Shown: in pieces, positions 1 to 10,398 of the stretch | How the letters are laid out: the number at the start of each line of letters is the position of its first letter | How positions within the stretch are numbered: position 1 is the first letter of the stretch | Origin: Acinetobacter phage vB_AbaM_B9 | Sequence record: MH133207.1 | Reading direction: 5' to 3' (one strand) | DNA length: 64,000 bases | Notes under the pieces: generated by a model | Database searches by the model: none | Seen by the model: only the letters and a program-made list of their open reading frames with translations | What the model was told of the DNA's origin: nothing | Position numbers and translations under genes: made by a program

Positions 1-1
1 T

Positions 2-403
2 GAAGCGACACTTTCCGCTAAAACAGTAGCTAAGTCAGATCAAGGTGTCAGTAAGTATTACTACACTTATTATGAAGTACATGAACCATTAACTTTAAAC
101 ATAACCGTATTACCAACAGCTAAGTGTAATGAGATTTTACAATTACTAGCATATACTCAGAATAAGAAAAAAGGATGGTTTACAACATACATTGTTGAGA
201 ATGGAGTTCCTGTTGATGTTTATAAATCAGTATTCTTAAACTTATCTGAAATTGGTATGCAAGCTGAAGGGCAAAATAGAACATACATTTTAGGCATCTG
301 TGATGCAAACAACAATACTGTAGAACAAACAGAAAGTGTTACTGGAGAAGAGACTCCATTAGAAACTTCTTTAGACACTCCTGTAGCAATTGTTCCAGAA
401 TAA
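2..403 (+). CDS. C-terminal fragment of a tail structural protein, likely the tail tube; the gene starts upstream of the window
   Basis: Open frame running from the window edge to TAA at 401-403. It lies directly upstream of the chaperone/tape-measure genes. There is no diagnostic motif. Confidence 0.3.
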   Translation, partial: EATLSAKTVAKSDQGVSKYYYTYYEVHEPLTLNITVLPTAKCNEILQLLAYTQNKKKGWFTTYIVENGVPVDVYKSVFLNLSEIGMQAEGQNRTYILGICDANNNTVEQTESVTGEETPLETSLDTPVAIVPE

Positions 404-426
404 GAATAAATTTTAGGAGAAATTAA

Positions 427-822
427 ATGTCTACTAAGACAAAACAAGTTATTAAAACAATTAATGATCGAGCCTATGTAATTAACGCCTTTCGTGGAGA
501 GAAGGGTTGGGAATTTCTTCCTCGTGTAGCCAAATACATTTTCCCATTTATCGGATTACTTGGTGGTGGAGAAGAAATGACAGAAGAAGAAGCTGGTAAG
601 AATCTTATGCTTTTATTGGAAGGTGAGAACGCTAAAGAGTTATCAGCTTTAATTAAAGAATTGGTTGCTGACATTGAAGTGGGTGGTATGCGTATTAACT
701 TCAATGAAGAGTTTGAAGAAAACTATGATGCATTATTAATTCTAACAATTGAAGTTATTAAATTAAATTACGCTAAATCTTTTCAAAGACTCGTTACGAA
801 TTTACAAAGCGTTCTAGCGTAA
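427..822 (+). CDS. tail assembly chaperone (gpG-like)
   Basis: 131-aa acidic protein immediately upstream of the tape-measure gene. RBS AGGAGAAATTAAATG. Frame 0 is open across its 3' end, consistent with the G/GT frameshift arrangement. Confidence 0.45.
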   Translation: MSTKTKQVIKTINDRAYVINAFRGEKGWEFLPRVAKYIFPFIGLLGGGEEMTEEEAGKNLMLLLEGENAKELSALIKELVADIEVGGMRINFNEEFEENYDALLILTIEVIKLNYAKSFQRLVTNLQSVLA

Positions 823-881
823 GTGAATCGTCAACGAGGGTAAATAAAGCAGAAATAGAGAAGATTGAAAAGACCTTCTCT

Positions 882-1067
882 ATGCCTTTAGCTTGGATTT
901 CCATTCTTGATAATGCAGAAACAGATTATGTGTCTACATTACAAAAACTCAAGTATGAATTAACCGTTGATGATGTTTACGATCTTTTAGAATATCTTGA
1001 GTACAAGAAGTGGAAAAATCACGAAGAAATGTTAGCACAGCAAGAACAACATAATAATAAAAGGTAG
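882..1067 (+). CDS. tail assembly chaperone frameshift extension (gpT-like segment), possibly expressed as a -1 fusion with 427..822
   Basis: 61-aa ORF in the -1 frame relative to the upstream chaperone. That frame is open from 777 onward. A U-run CUUUUC at 779-784 could act as the slip site. Confidence 0.3.
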   Translation: MPLAWISILDNAETDYVSTLQKLKYELTVDDVYDLLEYLEYKKWKNHEEMLAQQEQHNNKR

Positions 1068-1072
1068 ATAGA

Positions 1073-3118
1073 ATGCAGATAGCAAGTTTATTCGCATCAT
1101 TAGGGTTTAAAGTAGACACTAAAGGGTTAGATGCATTCCAATCTAAGCTTCGTGAAGTTCGTGGTGATACAGCACTATTTGCGCGTAACGCTAGGGCTTT
1201 AGCTGCTAACCTACGTAGTATGTCATCTGGATTAGACGGTGTTACTACTCGACTTGATAAGCTTTCATTAAAGAGAGCAAATGCTAACATTTCTGAAAGT
1301 TATAATCAAGTTGCTAAATCGGTTAAGGAATTAAATAACTCTTTAAATAGCATTGATTCCAACAGAAAAAGAATCACATTAAGTTTAGGGAAAATTCATT
1401 CATCAGTTAAAGCTGGTCAGCCTATTTGGGATAGGTATAAACAATCAGTTTTAGAAACTCAAGTAGCATTGGTGCAAATTAACGCACAATTGCGTCAAAT
1501 TAGATCAAATTCTCCAATTAGAATTAATAACAATAGTTCCGGCTCTGGTCGCCCTTCCCCTAGAGGCAGTCAAAGGCAAAATGGTTTAAACTTAGGTGGT
1601 AGTGAAGGTATATTAGCTGGTGGTGGCTTCTTTAGATCAATGCTCCCTGCTGTAGCAACTGCTGGCGGATTGCCAACATTAGGCTATGCAGTGTCTAAGA
1701 TTGTTGAGCAAGGACGAGAAGTTCAGAAGATGGACATCGTTCTTAAAATGGCATCATCTAGCGCTGAAGAGTTTGGTAGAAACTTAGAGTTTGTCAGAAA
1801 GACAGCACAAGAAGTTGGTGTTGATGTAACAGAGTTTGGTCAAGCATACGCTAAGATGCTTCAAGCAACTAAAGGTGTTAAAGGTCTTGGTCTTGAAGAT
1901 AAAGAGAAGATGTTTAAAGATTTATCGATTTACATGCGTACAATTGGTAGCTCTGCTGATGATCAAAAAGGTATCTTCCGTGCATTAACTCAGATGTTTA
2001 CAAAAGGTAAAGTTCAAGCAGAAGAACTTTTACAGATGGCAGAGCGTGGTGTCCCTGCTGCTATTGAGATTAAGAAAGCTGCAATCGAAGGTCTGAAAAT
2101 GACTGAGAAGCAGTTTGAATTAGCTCAGAAGAAAGGTGAGCTTGATCCAGCAAAACTTCTCCCTATTATGTCTGCTAACTTAGCTAAATTAGCTCAAGAT
2201 AGTGGTGCATATGAGAAAGCACTACAAACATCTGCAACAGCACAACAACGTTTCAAGAATGAGTTAAAACTTTTATCTGATGAAATCTTACAAGGTGGTT
2301 TAGATCAAGGTCTTAAAAACTTATTTGAAAACTTAACTGATTTAATAAAAGTCACCAAAGAAGGTATTCAATGGTTAAAAGGATTTAAGAAAGGTTTAGA
2401 TGAAGTTAGTGGTGGTAATTCAGGACTAATTCTTAGTATTGCTACACTTTCATTAGTAATACTAAGATTCAGAAAACCCATCATGATTCTCTGGCAATCT
2501 TTTAAACTTGTTAGAGCTTTAGGTGGTGGTTTATCAACATTCTTTAGCGGAACATTCGTTAAGAGTGTGTTAAGGCTTGGTGGTAAGTTATTCTGGTTAG
2601 TTACAGCATTTGAAGCTGTTATGGCCATTGGTGATGCTTTAAATAAAGAAGCTGAAGGAACTCCAACATGGATTAGTTGGTGGATTCTCAACTTAGAAAC
2701 ACTATACGTAAACGTTGTTTATTACATTGCTAAGATGCGATATGAATGGGCTAAGTTCACTAATGATATGAGTAATAATGCTAAGTTATCGTTCTTTGGT
2801 GGTGAGCTTGAGTCTAGAAGAATTCTAAATAATGCTTATCAGAAAGGTAGTCAAGGTACTGCTGATCAAGGAAATAAACCATCATTCAAGGAAAGATTAG
2901 GTGCTGCTAATGAAATCTATGGTCATGGATTTAAGAAGTTCTTTGAAGAACTATACAGTGGTCGTTTTGGAAGAATTAGTTACGAACCTTCTCAAATGAA
3001 TGGTCAAGGAAGATTAGGTTACATTGAGATCATGCAAGATGGTAAGAGTGTTGGAAGATTGGATTTAGATTCTGCTGGTAATAACCATGCCAAGATTACA
3101 TCGGGGACATACTTTTGA
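1073..3118 (+). CDS. tail tape-measure protein
   Basis: 681 aa. N-terminal coiled-coil-like region, Gly-rich stretch, and several hydrophobic segments in the C-terminal half. Position after the chaperone pair. Confidence 0.7.
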   Translation: MQIASLFASLGFKVDTKGLDAFQSKLREVRGDTALFARNARALAANLRSMSSGLDGVTTRLDKLSLKRANANISESYNQVAKSVKELNNSLNSIDSNRKRITLSLGKIHSSVKAGQPIWDRYKQSVLETQVALVQINAQLRQIRSNSPIRINNNSSGSGRPSPRGSQRQNGLNLGGSEGILAGGGFFRSMLPAVATAGGLPTLGYAVSKIVEQGREVQKMDIVLKMASSSAEEFGRNLEFVRKTAQEVGVDVTEFGQAYAKMLQATKGVKGLGLEDKEKMFKDLSIYMRTIGSSADDQKGIFRALTQMFTKGKVQAEELLQMAERGVPAAIEIKKAAIEGLKMTEKQFELAQKKGELDPAKLLPIMSANLAKLAQDSGAYEKALQTSATAQQRFKNELKLLSDEILQGGLDQGLKNLFENLTDLIKVTKEGIQWLKGFKKGLDEVSGGNSGLILSIATLSLVILRFRKPIMILWQSFKLVRALGGGLSTFFSGTFVKSVLRLGGKLFWLVTAFEAVMAIGDALNKEAEGTPTWISWWILNLETLYVNVVYYIAKMRYEWAKFTNDMSNNAKLSFFGGELESRRILNNAYQKGSQGTADQGNKPSFKERLGAANEIYGHGFKKFFEELYSGRFGRISYEPSQMNGQGRLGYIEIMQDGKSVGRLDLDSAGNNHAKITSGTYF

Positions 3119-3969
3119 TATACACATTAATCATTAAAAACTCAGATGGACAAACCTCTTCGGTTATTTCATTTAGCTCTGTTCGCTCTTTTTCTGAATC
3201 ATTAGGTGCTACTACAACAGATAATGTTGTTGAATATGGATTCCCTGTTTCTGATCACATGTTAGTTAGTAATATTACATTTGACTTGGATGTGATTGTT
3301 ACAGGTTTTTCAGTGTTTGATGAAAATCTAGAATTATTTTGGAATGGTTCTGATTTTACAACAAATTCACCAGATCAATTGACTACACAAAATACACACT
3401 TATTAATGAGAAAACAATTAAAGGATTTGATTCTTAATCGTATTGTTTTCTCATTACTTATCACAGAAGATAATTCTTTTGTTCAAGATATTAATACCAA
3501 AGAAGCACAATTACGTAAGAGTATTGTTGATGAGTATGTAAACTGTGTTTGTACAAGTTTAACACTTTCTGAATCTGAAGCAACAAGTGGTGCGATTTTT
3601 GCTAAATTAAATATCAAACAGATTCGCTCTGCGTTAGTTAAAACAAGAGAATTAGAGCAAGGTGAAAGAGTAAGACAAATTGATCGTATTGCTCCAACAC
3701 CAACAGTTTCTTCACAGAACTCTTCTGATGCAAGTAAAGGTGTCGATTCGGATGGTAATTCTGATTTATCTAAAGAAACTAAAGATATATTAAATGGTAA
3801 AGAACAAGGTAAATTACCAAAATCTCCAGAAACAGGTTTATCACAAGCTGAGATTAACAGAAGACAAGTTGAATCCAATGCTATTGCTACAGGACATATT
3901 CAAAACAAACAGAAATTAGCTGAAGCAGCGAGGTTGGATGCAAAAAGAGAGGCTGGAGATTTTAGATGA
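3115..3969 (+). CDS. tail/baseplate-associated protein (position comparable to Mu gp43/N)
   Basis: 284-aa ORF overlapping the tape-measure stop (ATGA). Synteny only. Confidence 0.3.
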   Translation: MIYTLIIKNSDGQTSSVISFSSVRSFSESLGATTTDNVVEYGFPVSDHMLVSNITFDLDVIVTGFSVFDENLELFWNGSDFTTNSPDQLTTQNTHLLMRKQLKDLILNRIVFSLLITEDNSFVQDINTKEAQLRKSIVDEYVNCVCTSLTLSESEATSGAIFAKLNIKQIRSALVKTRELEQGERVRQIDRIAPTPTVSSQNSSDASKGVDSDGNSDLSKETKDILNGKEQGKLPKSPETGLSQAEINRRQVESNAIATGHIQNKQKLAEAARLDAKREAGDFR

Positions 3970-4358
3970 TTACAGACGATACAGACATTTGGTATATTAT
4001 CAAACTCTCCCTTTATGATAATTTAAATTATTATAACGATATTGTAATAGATGGAGTTTCTTGTAGATTAACGTTTGAATACAACGAAAGATTAGGGACA
4101 AGGTATTTATCTATTATAACAGCATCAGGTACAGTATTACTCAGTAAAACACCATTGTTTGTTGATAATGAAATTTATCTTGACACCAATGCTGACTTAA
4201 TTGGGATACATCAATGTTTTTTTAAATTAGTAAAACTAGATAAAACATTAGATGATGATCTGGTTAATTGGCAAGGTAATTACATACTTTTCATTAAAGG
4301 TATATTTGATGATGTTTATGATGACTATATGAATTTTATTAAATCATTAGTCGTTTAA
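3966..4358 (+). CDS. hypothetical tail module protein
   Basis: 130-aa ORF, translationally coupled with its neighbours. No motif recognised. Confidence 0.3.
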   Translation: MITDDTDIWYIIKLSLYDNLNYYNDIVIDGVSCRLTFEYNERLGTRYLSIITASGTVLLSKTPLFVDNEIYLDTNADLIGIHQCFFKLVKLDKTLDDDLVNWQGNYILFIKGIFDDVYDDYMNFIKSLVV

Positions 4359-4367
4359 GGAGGGAAT

Positions 4368-5681
4368 GTGGCAGACATTAAGGGCTTTCAAATCGGAAGA
4401 TTACTTGAAGTCAATATTTATAATTATAATAGTAATGAGGTCGTCACATTCTCAGGTTTCGATATTGAATGTGAATTCTATAAAACAGATGATGCTGTGA
4501 ATGAAGCTTCGATTGGTAAAGTTGCAATTTACAACATGACAGATGAAACATTCAATAAGATTAATATCACAGGATGTGAGTTAGAAGTTAAATTCGGTTA
4601 TGAGGCTACAGAAGCTAAAGCTCAGAGATTGTTCTTAGCTTTTGTCACTGCTGTTGATAGACACATTGATGGTAGTAATGTTATCACTGTATTTCAAGTA
4701 TCTCTTAATTTTAAAGAGTACAACTTCACACCAGTTACAGTTTCAAAAAAAGAAAAAACCATAGGCTCAATTATCACACAAGTTGGTGAATTCTACGATG
4801 CTGTTTTTAAGATTGATTTAGGAAATATTCCCAAAGACCAACAAAGCAAGGTTGCAGAATATATTACAACTGGTTTAATTCCAAAGTTTACTTTCAACGG
4901 AACACTAGATGAATTCTTAAAAAGAATTAATAATGACTTTGGTTTAACAAATCATAATGTAAGTGAAGACATTAAAGGAAGTAAAAACAAATTAGTTAAG
5001 GAATTAATTTTTACATTCAGAGATAATTACGTTCCTATTATTATCAATAAAGTTAACAAACCTTTTGCAAAGATAAAAGAACAACAAGAATTAGATATCC
5101 TGTTCCAAAGAGATACTTCGGATGTTGTTACAATATTGAATCACGATACAGGGTTATTAGGAACACCACAAGTTGAATATAAAATTCAGCGTGTTTCTGA
5201 ATATTGGAATTTTGCTGAAACTGATCAACAGACATTTGAATCTCAGGTAAGACAACAAGACAGGAATATTCGAGAAGCACAAGCTTCATTAAAACGTGCT
5301 GAACGAGAAGCTAAAGCGAAAGAAAAAGGTAAAACATTAAAACCTAGAAAACCTAGAAAAGCTGGAACAATTTCTGTAAGAAGAAAATACTTAAAAGCTA
5401 GGGCTTTACCAAATCCAGCAGTAAGGCCTTTAAGTATCATTGAAATACAATCTAAAATTAAAGAAAATAGTGGGTTGTATCGTGTTCGGGGTGTTCATTT
5501 TAGTGTTAACAACTTTAAGCAAGATGTCTATATGGAAATGACATTAGAAAGTGTTGATACAGAAGATAAAGTTGTTTATGTTGATCCAACAACAGAAAAT
5601 GATTTCGAAATGAATGGTAGCTTAGGTTATGACATCTCTGTTGGTAGTGAAAGTGATATCGAAACAGGAGGTATCGAATAA
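4368..5681 (+). CDS. baseplate hub protein (Mu gp44/P2 gpD-like position)
   Basis: 437 aa, GTG start after GGAGGG. Lies between the tape-measure and spike genes. Contains a Lys/Arg-rich segment. Confidence 0.4.
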   Translation: MADIKGFQIGRLLEVNIYNYNSNEVVTFSGFDIECEFYKTDDAVNEASIGKVAIYNMTDETFNKINITGCELEVKFGYEATEAKAQRLFLAFVTAVDRHIDGSNVITVFQVSLNFKEYNFTPVTVSKKEKTIGSIITQVGEFYDAVFKIDLGNIPKDQQSKVAEYITTGLIPKFTFNGTLDEFLKRINNDFGLTNHNVSEDIKGSKNKLVKELIFTFRDNYVPIIINKVNKPFAKIKEQQELDILFQRDTSDVVTILNHDTGLLGTPQVEYKIQRVSEYWNFAETDQQTFESQVRQQDRNIREAQASLKRAEREAKAKEKGKTLKPRKPRKAGTISVRRKYLKARALPNPAVRPLSIIEIQSKIKENSGLYRVRGVHFSVNNFKQDVYMEMTLESVDTEDKVVYVDPTTENDFEMNGSLGYDISVGSESDIETGGIE

Positions 5682-6403
5682 TGAGAGATTTAGCTCCTAT
5701 TATTAAAAATATTTCAATGAATGAAATGAAGTCTCTTAATTTTTGTATGCCTGCTGTAGTGATTGGTATTGATCGAATAAAAGATGGACTAATTGATGTT
5801 GCTCCAGTTATCGATAAGTTCACTTCAACACTAGGTTATACTGAGTATGAACCAATACATGATGTCCCAATCATCACTCCTAATACGTCTACAACGTCCA
5901 TACAGGTTCCTATCAATCAAGGTGATGGTGTACTACTACTTTTCACTCAAAGTGACCCTAGTGAGTTTATACAGGGCTTAAAAGATGCTCATGAGCCTAA
6001 CACAAACTCATTTCTTTCTTTAGACAATGCAGTTGCTTTAGTTGGATTCAATCCATACCAAGAATCGGTTTACAACAATAACAATTATAAAAACCAATTA
6101 GACAACACAGCTTTAAATATTGTTCACAATAAAAATACAGAAAATGAAGTTATGATGTCGTTTAAGTCAGATGGAACTATGAGTCTCATTTGCAATAAAG
6201 TTAATGTGTCGTGTAAGCAAGCTGATGTAAAAGCAGAGACAGTGAGTGTTGATTCAAGTCTTATTGATGCCAAAAACTCATTAATTAAAACTGATAATGA
6301 TGTATCTATTAAAGGTAAATCTGTTTACACATTTATGACAACACATACACATGGTGGTGTTATGAGTGGTGGAAGTAACACAGCACCCCCTAATCCACTA
6401 TAA
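5681..6403 (+). CDS. baseplate central spike protein (gpV/gp45-like)
   Basis: 240 aa. The C-terminal THTHGG motif resembles the metal-binding HxH apex of piercing spikes. Sits in the conserved position before the gp25/W gene. Confidence 0.5.
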   Translation: MRDLAPIIKNISMNEMKSLNFCMPAVVIGIDRIKDGLIDVAPVIDKFTSTLGYTEYEPIHDVPIITPNTSTTSIQVPINQGDGVLLLFTQSDPSEFIQGLKDAHEPNTNSFLSLDNAVALVGFNPYQESVYNNNNYKNQLDNTALNIVHNKNTENEVMMSFKSDGTMSLICNKVNVSCKQADVKAETVSVDSSLIDAKNSLIKTDNDVSIKGKSVYTFMTTHTHGGVMSGGSNTAPPNPL

Positions 6404-6415
6404 CAAGGAAATAAT

Positions 6416-6832
6416 ATGGACTTCTTCTTAGATCAAAACACAAAAGACCTTGTATTAGTAGATGGTGATTTTAAAATTATTACAACACAGCAAGAACAGT
6501 TAATGCAACGCTTATTCATTAGATTAAAAACGTTTGCGAGAGATTTGTTCTGGAATCCTTCTTACGGTATTGATTACTTAAACAAGGTTTATGGCTTAAA
6601 TAGAAATAAAAATACAGTTGATGCTTTACTGTTAAGTGAAATTCAAAAAGAAGAAATGGTTGAGTCAGTGACTTCTTTTGAATCTGAAATACAGAATTAC
6701 AAATATGGATGTAAGTTTTCAGTGAAATTACTTTCTGTTGATATTCCAATAATTTTCTACACTTTGGTTACTGAAAACGGATTAACACTCACAGATGAGA
6801 ACGGAAATATTCTCACTGCTCAATTAGCTTAG
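6416..6832 (+). CDS. baseplate wedge protein, gp25/GPW family
   Basis: 138 aa. N-terminal DLVLVDGDF followed by the NPSYGIDYL pattern typical of the gp25/W lysozyme-like fold. Confidence 0.65.
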   Translation: MDFFLDQNTKDLVLVDGDFKIITTQQEQLMQRLFIRLKTFARDLFWNPSYGIDYLNKVYGLNRNKNTVDALLLSEIQKEEMVESVTSFESEIQNYKYGCKFSVKLLSVDIPIIFYTLVTENGLTLTDENGNILTAQLA

Positions 6833-6840
6833 GAGAAATA

Positions 6841-8295
6841 ATGACTATATCGTTTAGTGAGACAGGGATTGTTGTCGACACACAAGAACAAATCAGAGAC
6901 CAAATGGCAGCTAATGCTAAGGTTAACTTAGCTCCATTCTTAGGACAAACAGAATTAAAAACAGATGATTCTAGTGTTATTGGTAGGCACTTAGCAACTG
7001 TAGCAAGACCAGCAGCACAGAACGCTGAATTACTACAACCAATATTAGATCAATTCGATCTTAATAAAGCACAAGGTGTTCAGTTAGATAACATTCTCTG
7101 GAGAATTCACCGCATAAAACGGAAAGGACTATCCCAAGCAGAAGGATTGCTCATGTTGTTTGGTGATGTCGGCACAGTTGTTTCAGAAGGTAGTGAAGTA
7201 TCTAATAGTAAAACTGGTGATGTATATTCTATAAATAATGATGTCACTTTTAATGAAAATGACTGTAACGGTATTGAGATTGTAATTAGTTCTGTTGGCG
7301 GTACATACACTATCAATTATTCTGTTAATGGCTTCTTATCAGAATCACCAAGTGTCATTGTTACAACTGGCGTTAATGATACAACAATTCAACAAATTGC
7401 AGATCGTATTGTTGATGCCGTTAATTCACAAACATCCTATTTAACAGCTTCTAGAAATAATGATAACAGTGTAAAAATTATTATTACAGATCAAAACAAT
7501 ACTGGTGATTTTTCAGTAACAGGAAGTATCTCAATCGTAAGAGCTTACAAACCTGTTTATGCAACATCACAAACATATCAAGCTGCTGAAAGTAACGCTG
7601 GTGACGTTTCTGTTGTACGAACTACTGTATTAGGTTGGAGAGGTGTTACCAATCCTTTTGTTATTGCAGCATCACAAGGTGTTGAAGAAGACCCTGATTA
7701 TCGTTACAGAGGGAATCTGATTAAAGGTAATAATAACACATCTTCTCGTAATTCTCTACTTGCAAGAATTGAAGCTGTTCGTGGGGTAAGTTTTTTAAGC
7801 ATTCAAGCTAACAACACCCCAAATCCAACAGGATCGGGAATCATTAATAATGGATTAGCAATCACTGTTCAAGGTGGTAATGAAGATGATATTGCAATAG
7901 CTATTGCTGATGCTATCGCAGATGGAATTGAAACGTCTGGAACAATTACAAAAATCACTAAAGATAAAAATGGTGGTGACAAGATTGTTCGCTTTTCAAG
8001 ACCACAGACTGTTCCGTTGAAAATTTCAATGTCTATTACTATTGCTCCAAACTTCCCTACAAATGGTAAGAATTTAATTAAACAAGCTATTGTGGATTGG
8101 TTCAATGAATTGAATGTTGGTGATGATATTTACTATTCTCGTCTATATGAGCCAATTAACTCAATTTCTGGATTTAGTGTCCGTAATTTAAAGATTGGTA
8201 AATTAGACGGTAGTTATGTGACAGACGACATTATTCTTGGACACAACGAAGTAGCAACAATTAGTGCTGAAAATATATTCATTGGTGGTAGTTAA
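6841..8295 (+). CDS. baseplate J-like protein
   Basis: 484 aa, immediately after the W-like gene as in P2/Mu. Call rests on size and synteny. Confidence 0.5.
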   Translation: MTISFSETGIVVDTQEQIRDQMAANAKVNLAPFLGQTELKTDDSSVIGRHLATVARPAAQNAELLQPILDQFDLNKAQGVQLDNILWRIHRIKRKGLSQAEGLLMLFGDVGTVVSEGSEVSNSKTGDVYSINNDVTFNENDCNGIEIVISSVGGTYTINYSVNGFLSESPSVIVTTGVNDTTIQQIADRIVDAVNSQTSYLTASRNNDNSVKIIITDQNNTGDFSVTGSISIVRAYKPVYATSQTYQAAESNAGDVSVVRTTVLGWRGVTNPFVIAASQGVEEDPDYRYRGNLIKGNNNTSSRNSLLARIEAVRGVSFLSIQANNTPNPTGSGIINNGLAITVQGGNEDDIAIAIADAIADGIETSGTITKITKDKNGGDKIVRFSRPQTVPLKISMSITIAPNFPTNGKNLIKQAIVDWFNELNVGDDIYYSRLYEPINSISGFSVRNLKIGKLDGSYVTDDIILGHNEVATISAENIFIGGS

Positions 8296-8305
8296 GGATT
8301 AGATC

Positions 8306-8929
8306 ATGACTATATTAAACAAAGATTATGTTAGTGAAGCAAGAGAAGGTAGCTCTTCTCTTCTTAATCAGAGTCCGATATATCAAGCATTCTTATCTGC
8401 AATTATTGAATATTATGATGAACAGGAAAAGGATTTAATTTGGTTGTCTGAAAATCTCTTAAACGAAGATGTTGCTGAAAAGTGGCATTTAGATTTTATT
8501 GGGATGATTGTTGGGCAACCAAGACTGTTAGTTTCATTTAATACAGAACCTTATTTTGGATTTGAAGGAAGTTATCAATCAGAGACTTTCTCAACAGCAT
8601 CTAATCCTGAGCTTGGTGGTTATTGGAATGGTATGGATAACTTTAACACATCATCTGCTAGAAGATTGAATGATGAAGAATATCGAAGAGTAATTAAAGC
8701 AAGAGTTATTTTCAATAATAGTTTTTGTACAAGAAATGACTTGTTAAATGTAATTAATTTATTAACAGGTAATACATCTGCATCAATTACACAACCTAGT
8801 CATGGTTTATTAAAGATCAGAGCTATAGACACACAAGGATTGTTATCTTATTTCATGTCAAGAATAGATTTAGATGACAACATCCTACCTATTGCTCTAG
8901 GTGTTAGAGCAGAACAAGTGGAGGTATAA
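8306..8929 (+). CDS. baseplate/tail protein I-like
   Basis: 207 aa following the J-like gene. Synteny with P2 gpI/Mu gp48. Confidence 0.4.
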   Translation: MTILNKDYVSEAREGSSSLLNQSPIYQAFLSAIIEYYDEQEKDLIWLSENLLNEDVAEKWHLDFIGMIVGQPRLLVSFNTEPYFGFEGSYQSETFSTASNPELGGYWNGMDNFNTSSARRLNDEEYRRVIKARVIFNNSFCTRNDLLNVINLLTGNTSASITQPSHGLLKIRAIDTQGLLSYFMSRIDLDDNILPIALGVRAEQVEV

Positions 8930-8930
8930 A

Positions 8931-9977
8931 ATGTCTGTAGTTAGCAGACCAGATTATTCAGTTGGTGTATGGGCATCAAATGGTGATATTGCAGCACCAA
9001 CATCTGAAAAAATTGAGATTGGACATATTGTAGAAAAACCTCTTAAAGAGGTGATGAATTGGATTCAGAATAGACAAGATCGTGGAATTGTCTATTTAAT
9101 GCAACAAGGTATTTCTGATTGGGTTTCGACAGAAACTTACCCTTCAAACGCTTATGTTAAAAGAAGTGGTGTTATCTATAAAGCCTATACCCAAAATGAA
9201 GATCGCGACCCTTTATCAAATCCTGATATTTGGAAATTAGCATTTGATACATACGGTAGTGCAGCAGAAGTTCAGCTTGAAGTAGATAAGATTAAGAGTG
9301 AAGAAGGATATCTTGATTTATATGTAAGCAAAAACAATCCTATTTTAAATGCTAGAGCAGAAGGTGTTTCTTATGTTGCAGCAGAAGGTGTTCCAACTCT
9401 TACAAGTGATGAATATGGATATACTTTTAAAAATCATCTATTAAGTGGGCTATTTATCGCTGGTAATGATCCTGTTATATTAAAAGATGGTGCAGAAGTT
9501 GCTAGGTTCTCTACCCCAACAGACCCTAATGAATCTTCTAAGAAAGTTGTCACTATGGACGTTTTGTTAGAATTTATCCAAACATATAAAGTTGGTGATA
9601 TTTATATTACCACTCAGAATGAAAATCCATCTATCAGACTTGGTTACGGTGTTTGGGAAAGGTATGCTGAAGGAAAAGCTTTAGTTGGTTTCAGTTCATC
9701 CACTTCAAATCAAATCCCCGAGTGGGTTAAAACTGGAGGTGGTGAATATGGTGAATATTCTACTGTATTGGAAGCAAATCATTTACCTAAAAAAACTAAC
9801 TACACTTATCAAAGATTCACCAACCAAACTTCAGGTGATATCGTAGTTGGTGGGATAGACCCAAATGGTAATGCGAAATACAACAACATCGAACCTCTTG
9901 TAGGAACAGTCGGTGATCAACCGCACAATAATGTTCAACCATCAATTACCGTTTATGTTTGGCGAAGAATTAGTTAA
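8931..9977 (+). CDS. tail fibre protein with phage tail-collar domain
   Basis: The C-terminal GDQPHNNVQPSITVYVWRRIS matches the QPHNNMQPY collar-domain signature. ATG at 8931 is preceded by GGAGG; the ORF-track start at 8901 lacks an RBS. Confidence 0.6.
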   Translation: MSVVSRPDYSVGVWASNGDIAAPTSEKIEIGHIVEKPLKEVMNWIQNRQDRGIVYLMQQGISDWVSTETYPSNAYVKRSGVIYKAYTQNEDRDPLSNPDIWKLAFDTYGSAAEVQLEVDKIKSEEGYLDLYVSKNNPILNARAEGVSYVAAEGVPTLTSDEYGYTFKNHLLSGLFIAGNDPVILKDGAEVARFSTPTDPNESSKKVVTMDVLLEFIQTYKVGDIYITTQNENPSIRLGYGVWERYAEGKALVGFSSSTSNQIPEWVKTGGGEYGEYSTVLEANHLPKKTNYTYQRFTNQTSGDIVVGGIDPNGNAKYNNIEPLVGTVGDQPHNNVQPSITVYVWRRIS

Positions 9978-9999
9978 TAGTTAATCAAGGGGAAGATAA

Positions 10000-10398
10000 G
10001 TGGAAGGCACAAGCACCACATCTATTATAGGTCTACTAAAGTTTTTGTACCCTTCCTTAATTGGAAGTGCTTTAGCAGTATGGTATAAAAGAAATGATGT
10101 AAAATGGAAGGATAAAACTTTAGGTGAGAAATTATTTTATAGCTTAGTAGGTATTGGTGCAATTGTTGTTGGTGTCTCTATTGGCTTAGCACTTGGAAAT
10201 GCTCTTATTATCTACTTTGGACTTGTTGAATACTGGTATTGTTTCGGTGTTTATCTTTTTTCAAGTCTATCATCACTAAAACTATTAGATGCTGTTGTAA
10301 AAAATAGTGATGAAATATTATCAACTGTTTTTTCTGGTGTCAAGGACGTTGTAAAAACATTCTTTGATGCCTTGACATCTAGGTGGAAAAATAAATGA
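10000..10398 (+). CDS. holin-like membrane protein
   Basis: 132 aa with 3-4 predicted TM helices. GTG start after AAGGGGA. Directly upstream of the lysin. Confidence 0.4.
   Translation: MEGTSTTSIIGLLKFLYPSLIGSALAVWYKRNDVKWKDKTLGEKLFYSLVGIGAIVVGVSIGLALGNALIIYFGLVEYWYCFGVYLFSSLSSLKLLDAVVKNSDEILSTVFSGVKDVVKTFFDALTSRWKNK

Noticed and set aside
220-447. Antisense shadow ORFs in the ORF track (220..447, 474..704, 949..1290, 2368..2691, 3483..3878, 5243..5440, 5515..5823, 12993..13229, 15299..15727, 25791..26105, 33163..33468, 41346..41624 on -; 20776..20976, 21862..22080, 22822..23010, 48395..48652, 48499..48786, 54802..55068, 56547..56735, 56742..56981 on +)
   Set aside because: They lie entirely within longer, motif-supported genes on the other strand or frame, lack RBSs, and have low-complexity translations.
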